Positions 56,755 to 64,000 of a stretch of 64,000 bases of DNA are shown in pieces. Made by a program: the position numbers and the translations under genes. A model generated the notes under the pieces. That model ran no database searches. It had not been told where the DNA came from and saw only the letters and a program-made list of their open reading frames with translations. Numbering within the stretch: position 1 is the first letter of the stretch; each line of letters starts with the position of its first letter. Source of the DNA: a virus (taxonomy: Duplodnaviria > Caudoviricetes); the IMG/VR virus record IMGVR_UViG_3300016649_000355; one strand, written 5' to 3'.

Positions 56755-57157
56755 GAATAAAAAACAGCAAATAACAGAAATAATTTTGAAAAATCTGCCC
56801 CTTGATCATGCTTGTAAAAAGTTCACAGTTGATGAGGTAATCTTTAAATGGTGGATGACAGGCAGATCAGAAAAAAGTCTTAGATTGACTGATGACGGTG
56901 ATCAAGCATTCAGGGACGCTGATTTCGCATTCTACGACTTTCCATTCAAAATTAAAGAAATACAAGTTTTAACTCCCCATGCATTTATATTAGAGCTTAA
57001 TAAAAAATTAAGTTGTCCCTATTTCATGGGAGTAAATATGGTTGAAAAGAAAACTAGACAACCATTGATCAGAATTTATGACAGTAAAATCGCAGTTTTG
57101 ATTTCATTATATGGTAATATAATTGAATACTTAGAAAGCGTGAGGATAAGAAAATGA
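56741..57157 (+). CDS. Hypothetical protein
   Basis: Tiles operon. Confidence 0.6.
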   Translation: MTQFKNKKQQITEIILKNLPLDHACKKFTVDEVIFKWWMTGRSEKSLRLTDDGDQAFRDADFAFYDFPFKIKEIQVLTPHAFILELNKKLSCPYFMGVNMVEKKTRQPLIRIYDSKIAVLISLYGNIIEYLESVRIRK

Positions 57158-57309
57158 ATGACAATCCTAAGAATAAAACACTCAAACAAGCATTAGAATT
57201 GAAAAAGAATAAAGCATTACATAACGGATTCGCTAATCAAAAAGCCCCAAAACCGAACAAGGGGTTCGGTGGTGCAACGGTTATGCGTAGAAGCGGGAGA
57301 GGAAGATGA
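57154..57309 (+). CDS. Small basic protein (51 aa; absent from ORF track)
   Basis: ATGA overlaps at both ends. Confidence 0.6.
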   Translation: MNDNPKNKTLKQALELKKNKALHNGFANQKAPKPNKGFGGATVMRRSGRGR

Positions 57310-57536
57310 AAACAGTAGCAATTTTAGCATCAGCATTATTTGCAGTAGCAGCAGTAGCAGCAGAACCAGCAAAAAAAGAAGCAGCAAAGCCAGTAGAAAA
57401 AGACGGCATGCTTTTACCTGCTAAGAAAGAGGACAAAGCACCTGCTAAGAAGGAAGAAGTAAAGAAGGAAGAAAAGAAAGAAGCTAAGAAGGAAGAGAAA
57501 AAGGCTGAAGCCCCAAAAGCTGACGCAAAGAAGTAA
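57306..57536 (+). CDS. Secreted Lys/Glu/Ala-rich low-complexity protein
   Basis: Signal peptide followed by KKEE repeats. Confidence 0.65.
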   Translation: MKTVAILASALFAVAAVAAEPAKKEAAKPVEKDGMLLPAKKEDKAPAKKEEVKKEEKKEAKKEEKKAEAPKADAKK

Positions 57537-57559
57537 TATATATTCTTCTTTTTCAGGCA

Positions 57560-57596
57560 TAAATACAGTTTGTAGAGTCTGTACAAAACTCTACAA
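57560..57596 (+). promoter_or_regulatory. Late promoter with 5' hairpin
   Basis: TAAATA, then 9-bp perfect stem TTGTAGAGT/ACTCTACAA. Confidence 0.6.
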
Positions 57597-57620
57597 CACA
57601 CACTTACACAGGAGAAAAAA

Positions 57621-57872
57621 ATGTACACACCAAAACAAACTATCAATACGGCTATCGACGCCATTCAAAACGCAAAGAAGTCAACAGTAAATTTCTTTGT
57701 TCCGCATGAAGGTTTAAAAGAGATATTAAACAGTCATGTAGACATGCAAGCAAAATACACTAAAGAATTCGCTGAACACTTTATCGATACATCAACTGCG
57801 GTTATGTTCAAGTTGATGGACAAAGAAGTTCATCAAGCCTTCTACAATAAATTCACATCAACAACAAAATGA
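57621..57872 (+). CDS. Phasin-like small helical protein
   Basis: Amphipathic helices; SD AGGAG. Confidence 0.4.
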   Translation: MYTPKQTINTAIDAIQNAKKSTVNFFVPHEGLKEILNSHVDMQAKYTKEFAEHFIDTSTAVMFKLMDKEVHQAFYNKFTSTTK

Positions 57873-58039
57873 TTGCCGATTTATTGATGAAGCAACTAAA
57901 GGATAGGTTTGGACTGGAGAATCAGTATCAGTCCAATCTTGATTCTTTCATAACATCTAAGTACCCAAAAAATCTCGGAGACATAGAACGCCTGATCAGG
58001 GAATATGAAAGAAAAATCGCAAAAGGATTTATACTATGA
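57869..58039 (+). CDS. Small hypothetical protein (56 aa)
   Basis: ATGA overlaps; DIERLIREYER. Confidence 0.6.
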   Translation: MIADLLMKQLKDRFGLENQYQSNLDSFITSKYPKNLGDIERLIREYERKIAKGFIL

Positions 58040-58194
58040 AACAATTTGGAAAATTAATATTTAATTTTTTCAAGCCTGTATTAGACGCCATAGATATGTA
58101 TGGCAGAGCTAAAGCAGCATCAGAACTTGCGAGGTTAGGAAAATATGATGAGGCATTGAGACTAATGGAGAAAGATACGGAAGTACATCCTTGA
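58036..58194 (+). CDS. Small hypothetical protein (52 aa)
   Basis: ATGA overlap. Confidence 0.55.
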   Translation: MKQFGKLIFNFFKPVLDAIDMYGRAKAASELARLGKYDEALRLMEKDTEVHP

Positions 58195-58204
58195 GGAAAA
58201 TAAA

Positions 58205-58282
58205 ATGATACAGATCACACAATGGTGGCCGGTAACGGACGAAGAATGGGAACAATTAAATTACCCAAAAAAATTTTGCTGA
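58205..58282 (+). CDS. Micro-peptide (25 aa)
   Basis: SD GAGGA; MIQITQWWPVTDEEWEQLNYPKKFC. Confidence 0.5.
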   Translation: MIQITQWWPVTDEEWEQLNYPKKFC

Positions 58283-58324
58283 TTGTAACAATACAGTAAT
58301 ATATACACACATAGGAGACACATC

Positions 58325-58597
58325 ATGGAAAACAAACTACCAGCAGTACCTGAAGTAAAATTCAACAAGAACGGTTATGAGATCAGAACCGAAGTTTTGC
58401 AAATGGCTAAAGAATTAGTAGGTCAGGAATTTCAATACAAATACATGGGCTGGGAAGCCAGTGTACAAAAAGATAAAGATGGAAATCTTGTTACCAAAGT
58501 AGGTATGCCCGAATTTCCTGGATTGGACAAAGTCCTTGAAACTGCACAAAAGATGTATGATTTTGTAAATCAAGCAAATCCAAACCATAAAAAATAA
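58325..58597 (+). CDS. Hypothetical protein
   Basis: SD AGGAG; 90 aa. Confidence 0.65.
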   Translation: MENKLPAVPEVKFNKNGYEIRTEVLQMAKELVGQEFQYKYMGWEASVQKDKDGNLVTKVGMPEFPGLDKVLETAQKMYDFVNQANPNHKK

Positions 58598-58598
58598 C

Positions 58599-58628
58599 TT
58601 GACATAAATTCCCTGCATATGTTATAGT
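58599..58628 (+). promoter_or_regulatory. Sigma70-like early promoter
   Basis: TTGACA-N18-TATAGT. Confidence 0.6.
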
Positions 58629-58658
58629 GTAATTATCTATAACTTTGCAGGGAATACC

Positions 58659-60170
58659 ATGCGCAAAAAATTACTTGCAGTATCAATCAGTTTTATTCTA
58701 GCCGGTTGCGGTGGAGGGAGTTCAGATTCTCCCAATATATCAATATCACAGGCTTTTATTCCCTTACCCGTAACTGCACAAAATCAACCAGAAGTTGATT
58801 TGTTTTCAAATGGGGTAACTAAATTTCCTGATTTAAAACCATATATGGCTTCGATGTGTGGAACTCAAACAAACATACAAAGCTTTTTCTTGGCTGATGT
58901 TAATAAAGATGGCAGAAAAGATGTTGTCATGAGTTTCTGGTGCCGGAGTGAAACTGGAGTCTTAACTTATGGACCCACTAAAAATAAAGTTCTAATATTT
59001 ACACAACAAACTGACGGCACATTTGTCGAAAGCACTAAAGCAATTTTAGGAAGAGATGCAGTGGATCTAAATGGGGTAGGACATAACCATGTTGTATATG
59101 ATTTTAATAAAGATGGTTATGATGATTTTGTCTTTGTAGTAAGTAGGGAAGATGCAAGACTGCCCAGTCCTGACGGAGCCACAAATCATCATGCCTATAA
59201 CATGTTTTTTACTAGCAAAGGTGACGGGACATACGACATCTCTCCGATGGGAATATATGCATGGAATTATGGGATTAAACTGATCGATAATTCTAGTGGG
59301 GGGAAAGATATTATCACAATGCCTATTGGTTATACTAAGTTAGTAGAACACTTTTCTTTTGTAAATGGCAAGTGGGTTATTAGCGACCAATATAGCTGGA
59401 TTAATGGAACAGATCCCATTGTTTTTTCAGGCAAAGAAGCAAAACATGCCGTAACCTCGATGGCGTATCCTGATCTAGGTGTATCTTTATACAATAAGAC
59501 TTCTAGTGGTTCTTGGGTTCTAGCCAGTAGCGAAAAATTTGGGGAATATAAAATGGTTCCTTTCGTTACATGGCAACTTATGCAAAAGCTCACACAGTTG
59601 TACACCATCGACGGAAAACAATATATTAACATGGCGACTGCGAACATATGCGAATTGAAATCGCCTACACAATCTAGCGCCATAGTAGCAGTTAGCGGTA
59701 ATGAATTCACAAAGCCCTATGTTGAGGGAACGACTGTAGAAGAAGGTGCATCTTATCTTAAAACTGTTTCAAAGTTATTGTCCTATAAAAATAGCGGAAA
59801 ATTAGAAAAAAGTAACAATTTTTATATTAAAGGCGAAAATATTGATGCAAGTATTCACAAAATGAATTGTATCGATGTCAATAATGACGGATATGATGAT
59901 GTTACTGTACATGACTGGCGCGCCAAAACTGAACCCATTATTTATGTAAACAACAAAAATGGCACTATGTCTAGAGTAGACCCTTCAAAAATTCCAGGAA
60001 AAAACTTGTTTGCTTCAAGTCAGACTTACATCTATGAGGATGTAAATAATGATGGCATACGGGATCTGATTTATTGGCCCATTGCAGGATTTGGAAGTCA
60101 AGACAATCTTGCATTGAAAGTTTATTATGGCAATAGACAAATTAAAGATTCGGATTTAATTCAAAATTGA
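58659..60170 (+). CDS. Lipoprotein with FG-GAP/VCBS-like repeats
   Basis: Lipobox LAG-C; DVNKDGRKD, DFNKDGYDD, DVNNDGYDD, DVNNDGIRD repeats. Confidence 0.8.
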   Translation: MRKKLLAVSISFILAGCGGGSSDSPNISISQAFIPLPVTAQNQPEVDLFSNGVTKFPDLKPYMASMCGTQTNIQSFFLADVNKDGRKDVVMSFWCRSETGVLTYGPTKNKVLIFTQQTDGTFVESTKAILGRDAVDLNGVGHNHVVYDFNKDGYDDFVFVVSREDARLPSPDGATNHHAYNMFFTSKGDGTYDISPMGIYAWNYGIKLIDNSSGGKDIITMPIGYTKLVEHFSFVNGKWVISDQYSWINGTDPIVFSGKEAKHAVTSMAYPDLGVSLYNKTSSGSWVLASSEKFGEYKMVPFVTWQLMQKLTQLYTIDGKQYINMATANICELKSPTQSSAIVAVSGNEFTKPYVEGTTVEEGASYLKTVSKLLSYKNSGKLEKSNNFYIKGENIDASIHKMNCIDVNNDGYDDVTVHDWRAKTEPIIYVNNKNGTMSRVDPSKIPGKNLFASSQTYIYEDVNNDGIRDLIYWPIAGFGSQDNLALKVYYGNRQIKDSDLIQN

Positions 60171-60195
60171 CAAAAAATACAAATTATGCTAAGAT
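60167..60195 (+). promoter_or_regulatory. Sigma70-like early promoter overlapping upstream stop codon
   Basis: TTGACA-N17-TAAGAT. Confidence 0.6.
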
Positions 60196-60220
60196 ATAAA
60201 AAATATTGAAAGGATCAATT

Positions 60221-60454
60221 ATGAACAATAAAACTAGGGAAGAATCCAATCTGCAATTCTTGAGAGAATCGATTGCTAATGCTCCTTTAAGTGAGTTCAA
60301 AAAATGGTTCTCAGAGCAGGAAGATTATGTCAAGGAAGATGTAGTCTCACTAATCGATATCCATATTATGGAACTTCAGGATCTGAAACAAGACCTGTCA
60401 GGCGATGTTGCAACCGCACAAAATTTATTAAAAAAGATCGCATCCAAAATTTGA
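60221..60454 (+). CDS. Hypothetical protein
   Basis: SD AAGGA. Confidence 0.6.
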   Translation: MNNKTREESNLQFLRESIANAPLSEFKKWFSEQEDYVKEDVVSLIDIHIMELQDLKQDLSGDVATAQNLLKKIASKI

Positions 60455-60479
60455 CAATAAATGGATTTGGGTATATAAT
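60451..60479 (+). promoter_or_regulatory. Consensus sigma70 early promoter
   Basis: TTGACA-N17-TATAAT. Confidence 0.85.
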
Positions 60480-60511
60480 AGTCTTCATACAGTCAAACAA
60501 CGGAGATAGAG

Positions 60512-60796
60512 ATGAACACAGCCCAAACGATTCTTTCGCAAATCAAAGCCCTCGACCCCATGGCATTGTTTGCTTGGGGTGCTAAGGATCTCATGAATAT
60601 GGGCAACGGTCTCAAGTTCAAGACTTCAGGCATGACTCCCTGGAAGGGCTATGTGTACATCAAGTACAACGAGGGAAGGGACCTCTATGAAATCGACTTT
60701 TTCCGCTTTCGCAAGATGGAAGCGATATATGACAAAAAGGTCGAGGATGTCTATGCCGAGGACCTCGTTCGAATCATCGACGGTTTTGTAGGTTAA
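60512..60796 (+). CDS. Hypothetical early protein
   Basis: SD GGAG. Confidence 0.7.
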   Translation: MNTAQTILSQIKALDPMALFAWGAKDLMNMGNGLKFKTSGMTPWKGYVYIKYNEGRDLYEIDFFRFRKMEAIYDKKVEDVYAEDLVRIIDGFVG

Positions 60797-60798
60797 TT

Positions 60799-61593
60799 AT
60801 GGTAATGCCAATTTACTTTGATGAGTTTAAAACCTTTTGTGAAGATCAGGGATATAAACCGGTTGATCAGCGTTTAGACAAAAAACCAGCAAATATATTT
60901 TCTACCCATACTCGTAATAGTGTTAAGGTAGAAATTAAAGTCACGCATAAAACTCCCATCTATGTAGCAGGGCATGGATTAAACAATTACAAGTTAGCAT
61001 TCTTGCAAAAGGAACTTGAGCAAAAGGGTATGATAATTATTGATAGGATGGCAAAGTTCCTCAAGATTAAAATAGCAGAGGATGCGCTGGATGGATTTCA
61101 AACATTAATATCATTGATTGAAAATATTGATGAATTAATCGAGCGCCAACGAGCCAACAGGTTCTATCAGGCTGAGTACAATGACAATGTATTCATGTAT
61201 GTCGCAAATGATATTGCTAATATGCTAAAGTATCATCCTCCGGGTAGTCCTTGGTCACGCGGTAAGGTATTTGACGATATTGATAACATCGTTACGATTG
61301 GTTACAGTAAAGAAGGCAGAAAGCAATTGCTGGGAGGCAAGAACGCATACCGAGAACACATTGTTCCCATTGATTGGTGTATTAATAAATCCTTCGAAAT
61401 GCTTAAGAATAACGCCAGTGTCGAAGATGTAGCACAGATGTTCAAGCGTAACATCAAGGTCCTGTTGATTTCAGATTACGAACAGGACTTACTTGACAAT
61501 AAATTGGGACTAAAAACTACCATGCCCGAAGGGTTCAAAGACGGTGATGATCCACTAGCCCGCATTAAATTTGCAGGAATTGAACTAGAATAA
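60799..61593 (+). CDS. Hypothetical protein with C-terminal His-Me-finger-like motif
   Basis: YREHIVP motif. Confidence 0.5.
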   Translation: MVMPIYFDEFKTFCEDQGYKPVDQRLDKKPANIFSTHTRNSVKVEIKVTHKTPIYVAGHGLNNYKLAFLQKELEQKGMIIIDRMAKFLKIKIAEDALDGFQTLISLIENIDELIERQRANRFYQAEYNDNVFMYVANDIANMLKYHPPGSPWSRGKVFDDIDNIVTIGYSKEGRKQLLGGKNAYREHIVPIDWCINKSFEMLKNNASVEDVAQMFKRNIKVLLISDYEQDLLDNKLGLKTTMPEGFKDGDDPLARIKFAGIELE

Positions 61594-61596
61594 GGC

Positions 61597-61625
61597 TTGA
61601 CAATAAATGGCTTTATGTCTATAAT
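61597..61625 (+). promoter_or_regulatory. Consensus sigma70 early promoter
   Basis: TTGACA-N17-TATAAT; shares TTGACAATAAATGG with the 60451 promoter. Confidence 0.85.
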
Positions 61626-61654
61626 AGATTTTATTGAATAACTCAGGAGCAATC

Positions 61655-62302
61655 ATGGTTCGCAAAACTAAACCCCAGATCAATGTCGATGCCGATATCG
61701 TGTGGGCGGCGGCATGCAAGGCAAATGAGATCAATAATGGCTATATCAAGTATGTAACGCCCGAAGAGATCAAAGAGGGCAAGTCATCTAACCGCATGAT
61801 AGTAGATAGATTAATTCAGGAGCCAAATCAAATTGAAGAAAGATTTTACGAAGATGCTGGCAAAGTCCGGAACTATTACAAAGCATTTACCTTCAAAATC
61901 CTACAAGGGATCAAACTCAATGATTTTAACAATAACGCTATGGTTATTGCTAACCGTGATACTATCGATAGCACCTTTGATATTGCAGTGATCACTGCAT
62001 TGCCCCTATCCTATCAGAATCAAAAGGTGCGTGACGATGCAGACAACCGTGTTAGATTCGCAACAGGCGGGTATGTAGCATCAGTGGGCAACAAAGTCTC
62101 AATCGATATCGAGGTGTTGAAGTCGGTGTACAGTCATAATTATGGCGTGTATTTCGTTACCGGTGTCACGGAAAACGATCAACCCGTATTTTTTAGTTAC
62201 AAGTCGGGCATCAATACAGGTAAAAAGATCAAGGTGTCTGGTACTGTAAAGGCTCATCGTGACAATAGCACCCAACTCAATCGTGTAAAGGTATTATCAT
62301 GA
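61655..62302 (+). CDS. Hypothetical protein with C-terminal OB-fold-like domain
   Basis: VGNKV.IDIEVLK...KVSGTVKAH...TQLNRVK. Confidence 0.6.
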   Translation: MVRKTKPQINVDADIVWAAACKANEINNGYIKYVTPEEIKEGKSSNRMIVDRLIQEPNQIEERFYEDAGKVRNYYKAFTFKILQGIKLNDFNNNAMVIANRDTIDSTFDIAVITALPLSYQNQKVRDDADNRVRFATGGYVASVGNKVSIDIEVLKSVYSHNYGVYFVTGVTENDQPVFFSYKSGINTGKKIKVSGTVKAHRDNSTQLNRVKVLS

Positions 62303-62505
62303 CTATCATTTGCTCATGCGGACATGAGGTCGATGACATGAACCATACATACAGTATCTTTATCAAGTCCACTGATAGGTGCGGGGACAAAGCATTGGCA
62401 TACATCACGGTATGCGGGCCCTGCGAAGATCAATACAGGCAGCGTGGTAACATATTTGACAATGAACAAGATGGATTTGAGTGGCTTAGAAAGGAACAGT
62501 GGTGA
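62299..62505 (+). CDS. Small Zn-finger-like protein
   Basis: CSCGH...CGPC. Confidence 0.55.
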   Translation: MTIICSCGHEVDDMNHTYSIFIKSTDRCGDKALAYITVCGPCEDQYRQRGNIFDNEQDGFEWLRKEQW

Positions 62506-62639
62506 TTAAATTTATCGCAGGATTTTTGTGTGGGGTTGTTGTCGCAACTATTGGCTTTAGCGGTGTCGCTAAACTATTAGACAACGGTGTCAATAAGGTC
62601 AAAGATACAGTACAGGAGCAAGTAAAAGATGGGTCTTGA
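62502..62639 (+). CDS. Small membrane protein (45 aa)
   Basis: GTGA overlap; TM N-terminus. Confidence 0.55.
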   Translation: MIKFIAGFLCGVVVATIGFSGVAKLLDNGVNKVKDTVQEQVKDGS

Positions 62640-63021
62640 TCAATACGCATACATTGCCGCAAAAGCAGGAGATGATTATACAAATCATCAGGAGATCAGT
62701 TATTGGCGTAAGCATCCAAATCTTCAAGGTTGGATGGAAAATCTTTGGATAGAAAAGAATCGCCCAGGTGCATATGGTACAGGACAAGACAATGAGTTTG
62801 TGGTAGACTTCAATGGAGTAGAAGTAGAATTGACATGGGAAGATGTTGATCGGCTTGAGAAAGATATCAAAGCAGGTGTAGTAAGTGAACTAAACACCAC
62901 CGGATTCTTTTTCGGCGATCCCAGCGATGAATATTATCGTGATCATGACCTAGAATTCTGTGTCAATGCTAAGGCAGAATTATTCTTGGGTCGTAAAGTA
63001 TTTTACAATTCAAGTTGGTAA
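62629..63021 (+). CDS. Hypothetical phage protein
   Basis: MGLDQYAY...YWRKHPNLQGWM...GFFFG. Confidence 0.7.
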   Translation: MGLDQYAYIAAKAGDDYTNHQEISYWRKHPNLQGWMENLWIEKNRPGAYGTGQDNEFVVDFNGVEVELTWEDVDRLEKDIKAGVVSELNTTGFFFGDPSDEYYRDHDLEFCVNAKAELFLGRKVFYNSSW

Positions 63022-63031
63022 GGAGCTATAT

Positions 63032-63382
63032 ATGTCAGGCTATAACACAATCTTGTTTATCCGTAAACTAGAAGAGCGTGTAGACAAACTAGGGTTTCGT
63101 CTAGCACATAGCAAGTATGGATACGATAAACAGTTTGGTGATACCGTGGCATTGATTCCCAAGGATGACTGCCTTCCGATCTATAGCCGTGACGCAGAAT
63201 TGTTTGTCGGTACATTGGAACATCTTGAGCAATGGCTCAACGGTTGGGAGAAAATGCAACAATACCATCGCATGTTAATGGGCAACAAGTTTGAAAGCAA
63301 GATAGAGAGATTAGAGCAGGATTACAGGAACGAAGTGTTAGTCAAGCTACTGTGTAAATCAGAAAAAGAGGGATCAAAGTGA
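63032..63382 (+). CDS. Hypothetical protein
   Basis: SD AAGGAG precedes ATG at 63032. Confidence 0.65.
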   Translation: MSGYNTILFIRKLEERVDKLGFRLAHSKYGYDKQFGDTVALIPKDDCLPIYSRDAELFVGTLEHLEQWLNGWEKMQQYHRMLMGNKFESKIERLEQDYRNEVLVKLLCKSEKEGSK

Positions 63383-63999
63383 GTGCAAGTTGGATTCATA
63401 AATTAAACGAGAGTGATGGCCGCCTACACAAGGAAGATGTACTCAAACAGGCATATGAGATGGCTATCCTGGGCAACATTAGTGGCCAAAGATTCCTCAC
63501 ATTAGTCAATCTAGCATATAATCCATATGCTAACTTCCATCTGCGTCAAGTGCCCACGATTGACGAGGCATCAGGTCGTGAGAACCCTTGGATGGATTTT
63601 GAGAAACTATTGTTCCGTCTCATGAATCGTGAAGTCACAGGTAACAAAGCCCGTGATGAAGTCGATGCAATGAGCCAGCGTTTCGATAGCGATGAATGGA
63701 ATAACTTTTGTCGCAATGTCATTCGCAAGGACTTGCGTTGCGGTATCAGTGATAAGACATTCAATAAGGTCGTGAAGAAATCACAATACGAGATTCCTAT
63801 CTTTGGTTGTCAGTTGGCTACTAATAGCGAAGGTCGCCCTGAGATGAAAGGCATCAAGCGCCTCGAACCTAAACTAGATGGTGTTCGTGTGTTGATGCGT
63901 GTATCAACGAATGATTTCGGTGAGTGCATCACTACATGTTATAGCCGCAATGGTAAAATCTTTGAGAACTTTAGTCTCATCGAACAACAGGTTCAGGAT
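63379..63999 (+). CDS. lig: ATP-dependent DNA ligase (gp30-like), 3'-truncated; absent from ORF track
   Basis: GTGA overlap; KDLRCGIS, CQLA, EPKLDGVR (KxDG), SRNGK. Confidence 0.9.
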   Translation, partial: MSASWIHKLNESDGRLHKEDVLKQAYEMAILGNISGQRFLTLVNLAYNPYANFHLRQVPTIDEASGRENPWMDFEKLLFRLMNREVTGNKARDEVDAMSQRFDSDEWNNFCRNVIRKDLRCGISDKTFNKVVKKSQYEIPIFGCQLATNSEGRPEMKGIKRLEPKLDGVRVLMRVSTNDFGECITTCYSRNGKIFENFSLIEQQVQD

Positions 64000-64000
64000 A

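Noticed and set aside
57251-57272. Hairpin near CCGAAC...GTTCGG as terminator or ncRNA
   Set aside because: Lies within the small ORF 57154..57309 and has no U-tract
1-64000. Many antisense or nested ORFs in the track (e.g. 83..376-, 5770..6084-, 6208..6741-, 16326..16652-, 30297..30785-)
   Set aside because: They shadow well-supported genes on the other strand or frame and lack RBS or motifs
1-64000. Stop-codon reassignment, as seen in some large phages
   Set aside because: Genes tile tightly under the standard code, with TAA, TAG and TGA all ending intact conserved proteins
1-64000. tRNA genes
   Set aside because: GTTCGA-like hits (e.g. about 54266, 60767) lie inside CDSs without cloverleaf context; intergenic gaps are too short

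Overview
AT-rich (roughly one-third GC), densely coding fragment of a large T4-like/jumbo tailed dsDNA phage, read with the standard genetic code. No tRNA or CRISPR array was found. Order of blocks: tail-fibre/virion genes with a GH19 lysin (1-7.1 kb); a replication-accessory and chaperone block (DnaE fragment, GroES, YccA, clamp loader, PhoH, holin, DnaJ, ClpA; 7.1-17.4 kb); a late block of mosaic proteins (17.4-31.5 kb); PolB and a putative clamp; a 7-deazaguanine DNA-modification cluster (DpdA-like TGT, DpdL-like, FolE, QueD, QueE) interleaved with glycosyl-/nucleotidyl-transferases, an aldolase, a PRTase and a glycosylase (35.3-49.1 kb); UvsE and RNase H; small early genes; and a truncated DNA ligase. 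Strongest leads: (1) an apparent capsid-cargo system, in which T4 internal-protein-like leaders and Glu-ending linkers join enzyme modules, one polyprotein is divided by a DNA-level repeat (CAAGGTGTGGCGGAAG), and Tat/Sec-like signal peptides lie directly behind predicted cleavage sites; (2) a possibly glycosylated deazaguanine genome modification; (3) a preQ1-I-like pseudoknot upstream of queD. All functional calls come from motif recognition by eye; no database searches were run.
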